The notes below the pieces were generated by a model. It was given only the letters and a program-made list of their open reading frames with translations, was not told where the DNA came from and ran no database searches. Below, piece by piece: positions 1 to 8,595 of a stretch of 64,000 bases of DNA. Origin of the DNA: Erysipelotrichales bacterium (GTDB lineage: Bacteria > Bacillota_I > Bacilli_A > RF39 > UBA660); contig JAFLUY010000003.1 in assembly GCA_022508565.1 (NCBI GenBank), positions 69,599 through 133,598 on the forward strand, in the 5' to 3' direction. Position numbers and translations under genes: made by a program. Numbering within the stretch: position 1 is the stretch's first letter; every line of letters starts with the position of its first letter.

Positions 1-47
1 ATTTATCATAAATTAAATAAAAATATAATATAATTATAATGAACTCG

Positions 48-76
48 TTGACAAACATTAAGTATTAATGTAAAAT
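48..76 (+). promoter_or_regulatory. sigma-A-like promoter for tRNA-Cys (TTGACA-17-TAAAAT)
   Basis: TTGACA at 48-53, 17-nt spacer, TAAAAT at 71-76, about 30 nt upstream of the tRNA 5' end. Confidence 0.5.
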
Positions 77-104
77 TAGTAAATGTAAAACAAATTTAAG
101 TGAT

Positions 105-178
105 GGGTCTATAGCCAAGTGGTAAGGCGTGGGACTGCAACTCCCTGATCGTTGGTTCAAATCCGACTAGGCCCTCCA
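105..178 (+). tRNA. tRNA-Cys (anticodon GCA), CCA encoded
   Basis: Cloverleaf folded by hand: acceptor GGGTCTA/TAGGCCC, T-stem GTTGG/CCGAC with TTCAAAT loop, anticodon loop CTGCAAC, discriminator T followed by CCA. Confidence 0.8.
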
Positions 179-190
179 ATATTTCATAAG

Positions 191-220
191 AAAACTAATT
201 ACACTATATTAGTTTTTTTA
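191..220 (+). terminator. intrinsic terminator after tRNA-Cys
   Basis: AACTAAT / ATTAGTT hairpin followed by T7 run. Confidence 0.55.
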
Positions 221-464
221 TTTGACAATTTCTTTGAAATATTATAAGTTATAATTAATTTTTTGAAGGCGGAAACATGAAAATAAAAAGCGAAGAAAAA
301 AGCAATTAGAACTGGTAAAAAATGAACTAATAACGTTAAATAATAAATATAATGAAAAATTAGAATTAAAAAGAGAGTTAGAAGATAATGTAAACAATAA
401 TAATTTTAAAAAAAAAAGTTGGAGATATCTTTTATTAAGTTTATCATTCCCCATTGAAGGGTTT

Positions 465-830
465 ATGATATGGATTATGCTATCAATGGTATTCGAGCCA
501 CTTACAAAATTAATCTATTTTTTGCAATTATTTATTAGTTTAACTTTGACAAGTATTTGCATTAAATTAAGTAAGAAAGAGGACCACAAGCTCGAGTCTC
601 TAAAAAAGAAATATAAAGGGGTTAGAGATGAACAAAACAAATTATTCCCAGAATTATGCAAAAAAAGAGAGGCTTATCATAAATTAAGAAATCTTGTTGA
701 AGCTTATGATAACGACAATGAAGAAACATTAGAAACAACCACCTATGAAAGTTTAAATCAAGAGGACCTGGCAGTTGCTAATAATAAAGAAGTAAAGATA
801 TTATCACTATTGAATAATACAAAAAAATAA
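465..830 (+). CDS. hypothetical small membrane/coiled-coil protein (one TM segment, then a charged helical region)
   Basis: ORF with hydrophobic N-terminus and K/E-rich C-terminus. The frame stays open upstream to 267 without an ATG. Confidence 0.4.
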   Translation: MIWIMLSMVFEPLTKLIYFLQLFISLTLTSICIKLSKKEDHKLESLKKKYKGVRDEQNKLFPELCKKREAYHKLRNLVEAYDNDNEETLETTTYESLNQEDLAVANNKEVKILSLLNNTKK

Positions 831-853
831 AGATTCCAAATGGAATCTTTTTA
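828..853. terminator. bidirectional terminator between convergent genes
   Basis: AAAGATTCCA..TGGAATCTTT perfect hairpin, flanked by A-run and T-run. Confidence 0.5.
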
Positions 854-2461
854 AGTCAATAAATTACTTAACAATGGTATTTCATAAGTTGTATCTCTAA
901 AATTAAAATACAAAGTTATTTCCGATGCACTCATTAGTTTTCTATCCATAACTACAAATATTTTACCATCTACATCACTATTGGCTACTACATTAGCTTT
1001 AATAGAATAACCTTTATTAAATACTTCATAACTTACTGTACAATAGTTTTCAAATACTTTATTGTAAGTATTAAAAGTTCTTGTGAAAATTGCATCATCA
1101 TACATAGTGCCTCTATAGTCAATTACTAACATGGTTTCGCTACTAATACGAGACGGTTTAATAATATTTGAAAGTGGTAAACAATTATTAATATTTTGAC
1201 AAACTACATATCTATTATCAAAAGAATCCAGAATTTGATATCCTGTTATAGTTAAATTAAATTCATTTTTTGAAATTACATTAGTATTGATAGTTTCATT
1301 AATATTCATTTTAGTACTCTTATGTTTTTCATCTATTTGTTTTGGATGAATATCAAAGTTTCTATATCTACTCATGATCTTTTTGCCAGAAGTATCTAAG
1401 CCATACTGAACTCTTAAAGCAAAGTTTCTGGTTGTAACACTTGCTGGTATTTCAAATGTTAAAGTAGCATTCTTTGATTCACCTGAAAGTATTATATCTC
1501 CTTCGTTATAAGGTTCGCCTAAATCATAAAATTTTTGGTTTTTTGTTAATGTTGGTTGATATGAAAGAGTTCCATCCGCCAAACTAATTTTGTCTAAATC
1601 AAGTGTTTTAGTTTCAGTACTTGAATTATAAAAAATCATATCGACAACAACATACTTATACCTTTCATTAATAACATTCCCGTTAAAATCATGTGATGTC
1701 ATATAAGAACCTTTAACAGTATAAGCTATATTATCAACACTTGTAGATTCTGATGCTGCCATTTTTTTCATGTATTGGTTATAATAATAAATTCCATATC
1801 CTGAAAAGAACAAGATAAGAATTCCACAAAAAATACTAATTGCAATTTTATTTTCTAAAATGTAATATTTTATTTCTCTAATTGTTCTTCTTATAAATCT
1901 AAAATATATATAATTGTTTTGACCTATTAAAACTTCAAATTCAGCCGAGTCTTTATCAGCAATTTCAAGCTCTTCTATATCTTTACTAAAATTAAACTGT
2001 TTTAAATTAAAACCTATTCCTCGAATAAAACATATAACAATAAAAGCATAGTTAGGGAGTGATGCAATAAGTGAAATATCTCTACCCAATATTAACTGAT
2101 CGGCTTCAATTACATTTTCTTGTAAAGTAGCTAAAAGATTGAATTCATAATAGAATAATACACCTAAAATAATACCATAGATAAATAAAAATAAATAAAG
2201 TTTTGTTGGCTTTTTCTTTTCTCTTAATAACCAGTAAACAACACCACACAAAAATAATAATATAAGAATTATATAATATACGTTGTGATTTATATATACA
2301 TCAGCACCAGCATAAATATATGTACTAGTACTTTGTAATGTTGTAAACAATTTATTAATATCTCTAGCTAAAATTAAAAGATAAGCTAAACAGGCAAGCA
2401 TCATTAAATGTATCATTCTAAAATGTCTAATTATAAATGCATATGGTTTTCTTAGAATCAC
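851..2461 (-). CDS. polytopic membrane protein with large extracytoplasmic C-terminal domain (hypothetical)
   Basis: 536 aa, multiple N-terminal hydrophobic segments, then hydrophilic domain. Last gene of a co-directional cluster. Confidence 0.6.
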   Translation of the reverse strand: MILRKPYAFIIRHFRMIHLMMLACLAYLLILARDINKLFTTLQSTSTYIYAGADVYINHNVYYIILILLFLCGVVYWLLREKKKPTKLYLFLFIYGIILGVLFYYEFNLLATLQENVIEADQLILGRDISLIASLPNYAFIVICFIRGIGFNLKQFNFSKDIEELEIADKDSAEFEVLIGQNNYIYFRFIRRTIREIKYYILENKIAISIFCGILILFFSGYGIYYYNQYMKKMAASESTSVDNIAYTVKGSYMTSHDFNGNVINERYKYVVVDMIFYNSSTETKTLDLDKISLADGTLSYQPTLTKNQKFYDLGEPYNEGDIILSGESKNATLTFEIPASVTTRNFALRVQYGLDTSGKKIMSRYRNFDIHPKQIDEKHKSTKMNINETINTNVISKNEFNLTITGYQILDSFDNRYVVCQNINNCLPLSNIIKPSRISSETMLVIDYRGTMYDDAIFTRTFNTYNKVFENYCTVSYEVFNKGYSIKANVVANSDVDGKIFVVMDRKLMSASEITLYFNFRDTTYEIPLLSNLLT

Positions 2462-2525
2462 ATTTACCAGCCTCCTTATTATGCCTAAATTATATCATAA
2501 AAAAAAGAAAAAATATATTCCTACA

Positions 2526-2864
2526 TTAATTCTTTTTGTTTACAAGCATTTGCCCTTCAAGCAAATAAATTGTTTTATTATCATCTAGTAATTTGTTATT
2601 AGATATACCAAAAGTTTTACTTACCATATCAAGTGTATCCCCTGCTTTTGTAATGTAATAACTATAATTTTGATTTGGTATTAATAAAACTTGCCCTGGA
2701 TATATATAATCACTTATATCTAAGCCATTTAAACTAGCTAGTAAATTTGGATTTATATTATATTTTTTACTAATCTTATAAAGATTATCTCCTTTATCTA
2801 TAGTATAGAAATCAAAATAAGTATCTTTATTAACATCTCTAAAATACATAAGTTTACCTCCCAT
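2526..2864 (-). CDS. tandem LysM-domain protein (peptidoglycan-binding)
   Basis: Two LysM-like repeats (YTIDKGDNLYKISKKYNINPNLLASLNG... and YITKAGDTLDMVSKTFGISNNKLL...). Confidence 0.7.
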   Translation of the reverse strand: MGGKLMYFRDVNKDTYFDFYTIDKGDNLYKISKKYNINPNLLASLNGLDISDYIYPGQVLLIPNQNYSYYITKAGDTLDMVSKTFGISNNKLLDDNKTIYLLEGQMLVNKKN

Positions 2865-2893
2865 TATAGAGTATGCATTTTAGCCTATAATTG

Positions 2894-3970
2894 TTAATTA
2901 AATATAAATATCTTATTACTATAAGAAAAATTCCACTCAAAATAACTTAATAATAAAGTTCTTCCTTCATTTATGTTATATTTATATAACTCATCTTTCT
3001 TTAAATAGAATATATCATTTACTTCATAATCTAATATAGTTGATATATCACCTTCATCAAATAACACATTTATATCTGAATTCATATAGGAATAATATAA
3101 TGAGCCATCTTTTAATAAATAATTAATCAAAGATGTATTTTCAAAGTAATAATCATTATAAACTAATTTATTTATACCTATAGTTTCCCATCCATCTTTA
3201 TAATATAGTGCCCCATTATTGTCACTACAAATAGATATCTTATTTTTATATAAATCTATTTTATATTGTACTTTGTTTTTCCTATCAAAAAGATATATAA
3301 AATCGTCATAATCACCCATAAAGTATGAATTAAATGAGATTTTATAATCAAACTTAAACTCGGTTATATTCTTTTCTTTAGAATTAAATACATAAAATTT
3401 ATCAAATTCGCGATCTCTGTCATAATCTGCTACAATTAAATATTCATGTAATTGATAAGATAAGTTATTATCATAAGATTCCTTGCTTAAAAAATTATAT
3501 TCCTTTTTATCTAGAATGCTTGTTATACCATATCCATTCCACAAGTAATAATCATAAGCATCATTGTATACAGATATTTGAGATACTTTTCTAATCTCTG
3601 TTACTTCGCTTTCTTCGTTTAAACCAGCAATATAGCTATCATAATAAAGTCCATCTTTATTACATATATATGGCAATTTTTGTGAGAAAAGTTCAATACT
3701 AACACATTCATAATCATCGTTTTCTTGTATATTAATTTTATCAATATTTTTTCTATTTTTTGTATAGTTATTATTAATTGTAAATTCATAAATTTTATCA
3801 TCTTTAGCCAAAGTTAAATAATAGTTACTGTTTTCTACTTTATAAGATTCTGAAACCTCAAAACCATCTTGTTGATAAGATACTTCATAATCTTTTTTTC
3901 TGTTGGAAAATATTAAGTAACCAACAATTAATAAAATAATAAATAATATTAAACTAATTAATTTTTTCAT
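2894..3970 (-). CDS. secreted/membrane-anchored Tyr/Asn-rich protein (hypothetical)
   Basis: N-terminal signal/anchor MKKLISLILFIILLIVGYLIF, then Y/N/D-rich repeats. Confidence 0.55.
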   Translation of the reverse strand: MKKLISLILFIILLIVGYLIFSNRKKDYEVSYQQDGFEVSESYKVENSNYYLTLAKDDKIYEFTINNNYTKNRKNIDKINIQENDDYECVSIELFSQKLPYICNKDGLYYDSYIAGLNEESEVTEIRKVSQISVYNDAYDYYLWNGYGITSILDKKEYNFLSKESYDNNLSYQLHEYLIVADYDRDREFDKFYVFNSKEKNITEFKFDYKISFNSYFMGDYDDFIYLFDRKNKVQYKIDLYKNKISICSDNNGALYYKDGWETIGINKLVYNDYYFENTSLINYLLKDGSLYYSYMNSDINVLFDEGDISTILDYEVNDIFYLKKDELYKYNINEGRTLLLSYFEWNFSYSNKIFIFN

Positions 3971-3996
3971 ATTACCTCATTTAGAAAAAATGAATC

Positions 3997-4452
3997 TTAA
4001 GATTCATTCTCTATTTCTTCATTGTTATTTTTCTTTTTTGCTTCATGCATAAAGGTAGTAATTGAAGTTTCTATTTCTGGTAAACTTCTTTTATCTAAAT
4101 TTGATATATAGATTTTTTCTTTTACTGTATCAATACATAATGTTCCCCAAAGTAGTCCACAATCAACTTGCATATCATTATATAATTCTGGTGTAATTGA
4201 AGATAGCTTATATCCAACTATTAATCTATTTTGAGCAACTAATAATCTTTCTGATGTAACAGCTAAAACACCTGTATTAAAGAAACTGAAATGATTGTCA
4301 TCCAATTGACCTGCAATAACATAATCAATTGTTTCGCCAGGATTTAGATGTTTATCAATTATTTCACAATGTTTTTTTAATCTAAACCAGGTTACACCAT
4401 GCGGATATTTATCTGTAAATAATTTTAAATTGCCATAACAACTTTCGTTCAT
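3997..4452 (-). CDS. hypothetical protein, possible bacterial PH/GRAM-like domain
   Basis: 151 aa soluble ORF, 4-nt gap to the upstream gene, acidic tail. Domain assignment is a guess. Confidence 0.45.
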   Translation of the reverse strand: MNESCYGNLKLFTDKYPHGVTWFRLKKHCEIIDKHLNPGETIDYVIAGQLDDNHFSFFNTGVLAVTSERLLVAQNRLIVGYKLSSITPELYNDMQVDCGLLWGTLCIDTVKEKIYISNLDKRSLPEIETSITTFMHEAKKKNNNEEIENES

Positions 4453-4456
4453 ACAA

Positions 4457-5263
4457 TTACTCCTTTACTATTTTATATTCCCTTAACATATCTAATACAG
4501 TATCTTCAGTAACATAGCCTCTAATACAATCTACAAATTTGCCATTCTTTGTAATTATTGTCATAGGTTTTGGGAACGATTTAGTCATAGATGTCGAATA
4601 ACCAGTTGTCGTACATTTTGCTGGAATCTCAAAATCCAAATCCATTATTTTTTCGTATTCATCTTCATCATATTGATCACGATTAAAGTAATAAATATCT
4701 AAATTATATTTATTAGCAATATCATTAACTACAGGTAAATAAAGATCACAATAAGTACAATTATCAATTCCAAATACAGCTACTGTATAATCTTTACTAT
4801 TAACTTTCTTTATATATTGGTTAGCTTTAGATAAAACTTTATAGGAAATCTCACTTTCTGGAATAATGTTATAAAGATGTTTATTCAACAATTCTACAAC
4901 TCTATTGTTATCAACTGTGCTAACAACATCAACTGGTTCCCCATTCATAAATATAATAAATACTGCATCACTTTCTGTTGATAATTCATAATCAGCAAGC
5001 ATATTATTTATACTTTCTAAATCCATAACAGAGTAGTATGCGGAGATTCTAAATTCTTTATAATAAGATTCTAATCTTTCTTCTATACTATTATTAAGTT
5101 CTTTAGTATAAAGTATAGATGCCCCACTTGTTTCTACCTTTTTTAATATATCTCCATTATCTAACTCAATTACCGAAAAAGTATCCTTTTTAGAGATAAT
5201 TAAGATAACTAGTAATAAAAGTACAGCAATTACTGTTACAACTAAATATACATTTTTCTTCAT
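4457..5263 (-). CDS. membrane-anchored thioredoxin-fold protein (CxxC = CTYC)
   Basis: N-terminal TM anchor, then CTYC motif in a Trx-like context near the C-terminus. Confidence 0.55.
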   Translation of the reverse strand: MKKNVYLVVTVIAVLLLLVILIISKKDTFSVIELDNGDILKKVETSGASILYTKELNNSIEERLESYYKEFRISAYYSVMDLESINNMLADYELSTESDAVFIIFMNGEPVDVVSTVDNNRVVELLNKHLYNIIPESEISYKVLSKANQYIKKVNSKDYTVAVFGIDNCTYCDLYLPVVNDIANKYNLDIYYFNRDQYDEDEYEKIMDLDFEIPAKCTTTGYSTSMTKSFPKPMTIITKNGKFVDCIRGYVTEDTVLDMLREYKIVKE

Positions 5264-5323
5264 ATGTAACCACCTACAATTATTTTATAATAATTAATTT
5301 GAAATAGCAATTGTTAAGAAAAC

Positions 5324-5908
5324 TTACACAATTTTATTTGTTTCTAGTAATTTGCTGAGTTCTTCAAATATTGGAATATTACCTTTATAACTTTTTGGAG
5401 AGATTGGACTCGGATGATAAATAGGTAATATTCTAAATCCGTTACATTCATGAATTTTTCCTACTACCTGAGAGAAATTATTAAACTTAAAATCTAATAA
5501 CACCCTAGTTGGAAATTCACCCAAAGTTATAATTAATTTTGGATTTAAAATGTTTAGTTGTTCAAGCATAAATTGTTTGCAATTAACAGAACAGGTGTGT
5601 AAATTTTTTCGCATCAGTGGATAACATTTAATTGCTTCTAAAAATGTTGTATCGAAAATAGATCTATCAATAATATCAAAAAGTTTTTGAAGAACAACAC
5701 CACTAGGTAAGATCTTGCCACTATCATTTCTCCATAATTTGTGACTTTTTCTCCAGCCATTATTAGCAGGTGCTTCACCAACTAATACAATGTCATTATC
5801 TATTCCTAAATAAACTGTTTCTAAGTCAGGAAATTTCTCTACTAAAGATTTGCATTTAACACATTTGTTTATCTTTTCATCAATAACTTTTAAATCATTA
5901 TTATCCAT
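5324..5908 (-). CDS. uracil-DNA glycosylase superfamily protein (family 4/5-like)
   Basis: GEAPANNG (motif A-like) and YHPSP (motif B) plus N-terminal CVKCKS Cys cluster. Start moved to the internal Met at 5908, preceded by AAGAGGAG RBS. The ORF-track start at 5962 adds a hydrophobic leader with no RBS. Confidence 0.6.
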   Translation of the reverse strand: MDNNDLKVIDEKINKCVKCKSLVEKFPDLETVYLGIDNDIVLVGEAPANNGWRKSHKLWRNDSGKILPSGVVLQKLFDIIDRSIFDTTFLEAIKCYPLMRKNLHTCSVNCKQFMLEQLNILNPKLIITLGEFPTRVLLDFKFNNFSQVVGKIHECNGFRILPIYHPSPISPKSYKGNIPIFEELSKLLETNKIV

Positions 5909-6003
5909 AAATATACTCCTCTTACTTGGGAGTATTATAACAATATTAAAAAATATGGTCAATTAGATATATTTTTATAATACAAAATTGTTAAGTTTGA
6001 TTT

Positions 6004-6032
6004 TTGACAACACATATATAAAATGTTAGAAT
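6004..6032 (+). promoter_or_regulatory. promoter TTGACA-17-TAGAAT for the radical-SAM gene
   Basis: TTGACA 6004-6009, TAGAAT 6027-6032, then AAGAGGT RBS before ATG 6058. Confidence 0.55.
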
Positions 6033-6057
6033 ATTTCGAAGAAAAGAGGTTATAATT

Positions 6058-7080
6058 ATGGAAATGATGCAATATAAACCCTGGGAAAAGAATGAAGTAT
6101 ACTCTTTAATAAAAGAATCTAACAAAAATCTTCCAATTTTGGATATTCAATTAGGAGGAGCTTGTAACCTGAATTGCATCTATTGTGATACTCCTAAATA
6201 TGGTCATCCATGCGATGTTAATCTTTCATCTATTGAAAAATTGATTAATGATGGAAATGTTAAATGGGTTTATATATGCGGACTTGGAGAACCAACTGCA
6301 ACACCTAATCTGTATCATTTAAAACAAATTTTAAAATTATGCAAAGAAAAAGACATTGGTTTATCAATGTTTAGTAATATATTAAATATTGATGACGAAT
6401 TAGTTAATTATATTGATAACGGAACTCTTCATGTATTATTCAAATTAGATACTTTTGATAAAAATAAAATGGCACACTTATATGGTAAAGATAAAGGCGA
6501 CATTATATTAAAAAATTATGAAACATTAAATGAAGTTGTTCATAACCAAAATGGTGTTACAAATCTTGGTGCTTCAATCGTTCCAACAAGTATCAATTAT
6601 ACTGAGTTACCTTATATCATTAATTATTGTATGGAAAATGGCATTTTCCCTTTAATAGGTCAATTAGAAGATGCAGGCAGCTGTTCAAAAGTATATAAGG
6701 AACTAGAGGTAAAGGAAAAAGACTTAATTGAATTTAGAAATTACATATCTCAAGTATATGGTGTTGATTATGAGATGCCTACTTGCCCTGCAACTATAGC
6801 TGGGATGCATGTAACTAATACAAACAAAATTATATTAGATAAAAGAACTGGATTATCTTGTCCATGGTTCTGGCTAGACGAACCTCAATTACAAATTATT
6901 GGTAATATTGAATCTATGAGCTATAATGAAATCGTAAAAAAAATATTAGATTATAGGAAAGCAAAATTATCTGATGTTGAACAAATGGAACAAAACATAG
7001 AACTATATCCATTCGGAGGTTGTGGAGGAAACGCAAAACAACTTCTAAAAACTTATTTAGATATCGCAAAAAATAGATAA
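6058..7080 (+). CDS. radical SAM enzyme, QueE-like core (CNLNCIYCDTPKYG) with extra Cys-rich C-terminal region
   Basis: CxxxCxxC immediately followed by DT-x-Y as in 7-carboxy-7-deazaguanine synthase. GLGEP SAM-binding motif. C-terminal Cys in TCPAT, SCPW and FGGCGGN. 340 aa, longer than QueE, with no que genes nearby. Confidence 0.7.
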   Translation: MEMMQYKPWEKNEVYSLIKESNKNLPILDIQLGGACNLNCIYCDTPKYGHPCDVNLSSIEKLINDGNVKWVYICGLGEPTATPNLYHLKQILKLCKEKDIGLSMFSNILNIDDELVNYIDNGTLHVLFKLDTFDKNKMAHLYGKDKGDIILKNYETLNEVVHNQNGVTNLGASIVPTSINYTELPYIINYCMENGIFPLIGQLEDAGSCSKVYKELEVKEKDLIEFRNYISQVYGVDYEMPTCPATIAGMHVTNTNKIILDKRTGLSCPWFWLDEPQLQIIGNIESMSYNEIVKKILDYRKAKLSDVEQMEQNIELYPFGGCGGNAKQLLKTYLDIAKNR

Positions 7081-7089
7081 TAATAAATT

Positions 7090-7126
7090 AAGCAAATAAC
7101 AAAAATGTTATTTGCTTTTTATTTTA
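7090..7126. terminator. bidirectional intrinsic terminator
   Basis: AAGCAAATAAC/GTTATTTGCTT hairpin plus TTTTATTTT, between convergent genes. Confidence 0.6.
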
Positions 7127-7144
7127 ATATATAAACGCTTATGA

Positions 7145-7978
7145 TTATATTTTAAATAATACAATAGTTTTTTCGCTTCCATACTTATCATAATCAGCAA
7201 TAGATTTATCTAATATATACTTTTGAAACTCTTCTTCATTAAAATTTAATATTTGATTAATGAAATCTTCATCATGTAAAAAGTTAGCTAATCCATCACT
7301 ATAAACTAGCACTGAATCACCACTATCTAATTCTAATTGTCCTGATTTAATAAATTCGGCTGCTGCGTCTTCACCTGTTAGTGCACCAAAAGATACACAC
7401 TTTCCATCTTGAATATTATTTAGATTATTTCTAAAATCTTTTCTTACTTTAACTCTTGCTTCCGGTAAAAACCAAGAAATTCCAATACTATTAATATAAG
7501 GCTGACTTATGGCTGCTTTATCATCTTGAGTTTGAAATTTTACATTACCTAATTTATCATAAACGATAACACCAGAGTCACAAATATAAGCATATTCTAA
7601 AACATTACCATTTATTCTTACACATGAAGCAACTGCAGCATAATAATCATTTTGTAAGTAGTCGCATTCTTTAATATATTTATCATTTAAAGCTTTTACA
7701 CTTTTATTTGATTCAACTAATCTTTCTTTTAAAGTACCAGCTGTTTGCGAAAAAGACTCACAAATTTCCTTTGCTGCAAGCTCAGCACCACTAGGACGAG
7801 GATATAATTTTACCATATCACTAAATTTATGTTCAGTAAAATTTAAAACACCAACCGGATCCCTAGTAATTCCATCTGCGACAATTGCTTCAAAATCATT
7901 TGCATAATATTGATCTTCAATAGGAAAATCACAATCTAGTGTTTTAATATTTTCAAAAGTATTTTTATAAATTAACAT
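7145..7978 (-). CDS. PP2C-family (PPM) Ser/Thr phosphatase-like protein
   Basis: Motifs VADGIT, ICDSGVIVY, LVYSDGLANFL resemble PP2C Asp-containing motifs. Lacks the canonical GMGGH, so possibly divergent. Confidence 0.5.
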   Translation of the reverse strand: MLIYKNTFENIKTLDCDFPIEDQYYANDFEAIVADGITRDPVGVLNFTEHKFSDMVKLYPRPSGAELAAKEICESFSQTAGTLKERLVESNKSVKALNDKYIKECDYLQNDYYAAVASCVRINGNVLEYAYICDSGVIVYDKLGNVKFQTQDDKAAISQPYINSIGISWFLPEARVKVRKDFRNNLNNIQDGKCVSFGALTGEDAAAEFIKSGQLELDSGDSVLVYSDGLANFLHDEDFINQILNFNEEEFQKYILDKSIADYDKYGSEKTIVLFKI

Positions 7979-8015
7979 AAAGTATTTCCTTTCTTATTAT
8001 TAATTATAGCACATA

Positions 8016-8048
8016 TAAAAACTCGAAACATTTTATTTCGAGTTTTTA
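8016..8048. terminator. intrinsic terminator
   Basis: AAAAACTCGAAA..TTTCGAGTTTTT hairpin. Confidence 0.55.
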
Positions 8049-8052
8049 TCAA

Positions 8053-8574
8053 CTATTGTTTGTGTAAAATCTTTTGGTTTTCTAATTTATTATGTTCAGC
8101 CACCAATAAATCAGCTAAATCTAACATATCATAACCTGATGTTATAGGAATCACTTTTTCGCTTTCAATATCGTTTTTATAACTTGCAATTACAAATTTA
8201 TGAGAAACATCAAAGTTTTCTCTTTCATCTTTTGGTATAAAATATATATAACCTGAAGTAACTCTTTTATTGCTTCCGCTGGATAACTCTTTAGCAAATC
8301 TTTTAACTTCCAAATATTCTGCTTCTCTATACTCTTCAGAACTATCTAAAATGATAAAATCACAATCTAGTGGGATATCATTTTTTCTCATACGAACATA
8401 ATATGTGCCGCTGCCAAAAACTGCAAGTTTATAATTACTAGATATTTTTTTATATCTCTCTAATTGATACCAATATGCATTATGACACATAAGCATTAGA
8501 GTTGTCTCAATTCCATCTTTTAATCTTTTTATAAAAACACTTTCTTCAAAATCGCCCACTTTTAAACCTCCCAA
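8053..8574 (-). CDS. hypothetical protein (173 aa), co-directional and 21 nt downstream of the UvrA paralog
   Basis: ORF with no recognisable family by eye. Probable operon partner of 8596-10845. Confidence 0.5.
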   Translation of the reverse strand: MGGLKVGDFEESVFIKRLKDGIETTLMLMCHNAYWYQLERYKKISSNYKLAVFGSGTYYVRMRKNDIPLDCDFIILDSSEEYREAEYLEVKRFAKELSSGSNKRVTSGYIYFIPKDERENFDVSHKFVIASYKNDIESEKVIPITSGYDMLDLADLLVAEHNKLENQKILHKQ

Positions 8575-8595
8575 ATTTAATATATCAATATTTCC

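Noticed and set aside
242-454. 70-aa - strand ORF
   Set aside because: Low-complexity, translated from A/T-rich antisense of an open + frame. No RBS. Likely spurious.
3619-3801. Nested 60-aa ORF inside the 2894-3970 gene
   Set aside because: Same-strand alternative frame embedded in a longer, better-supported CDS.
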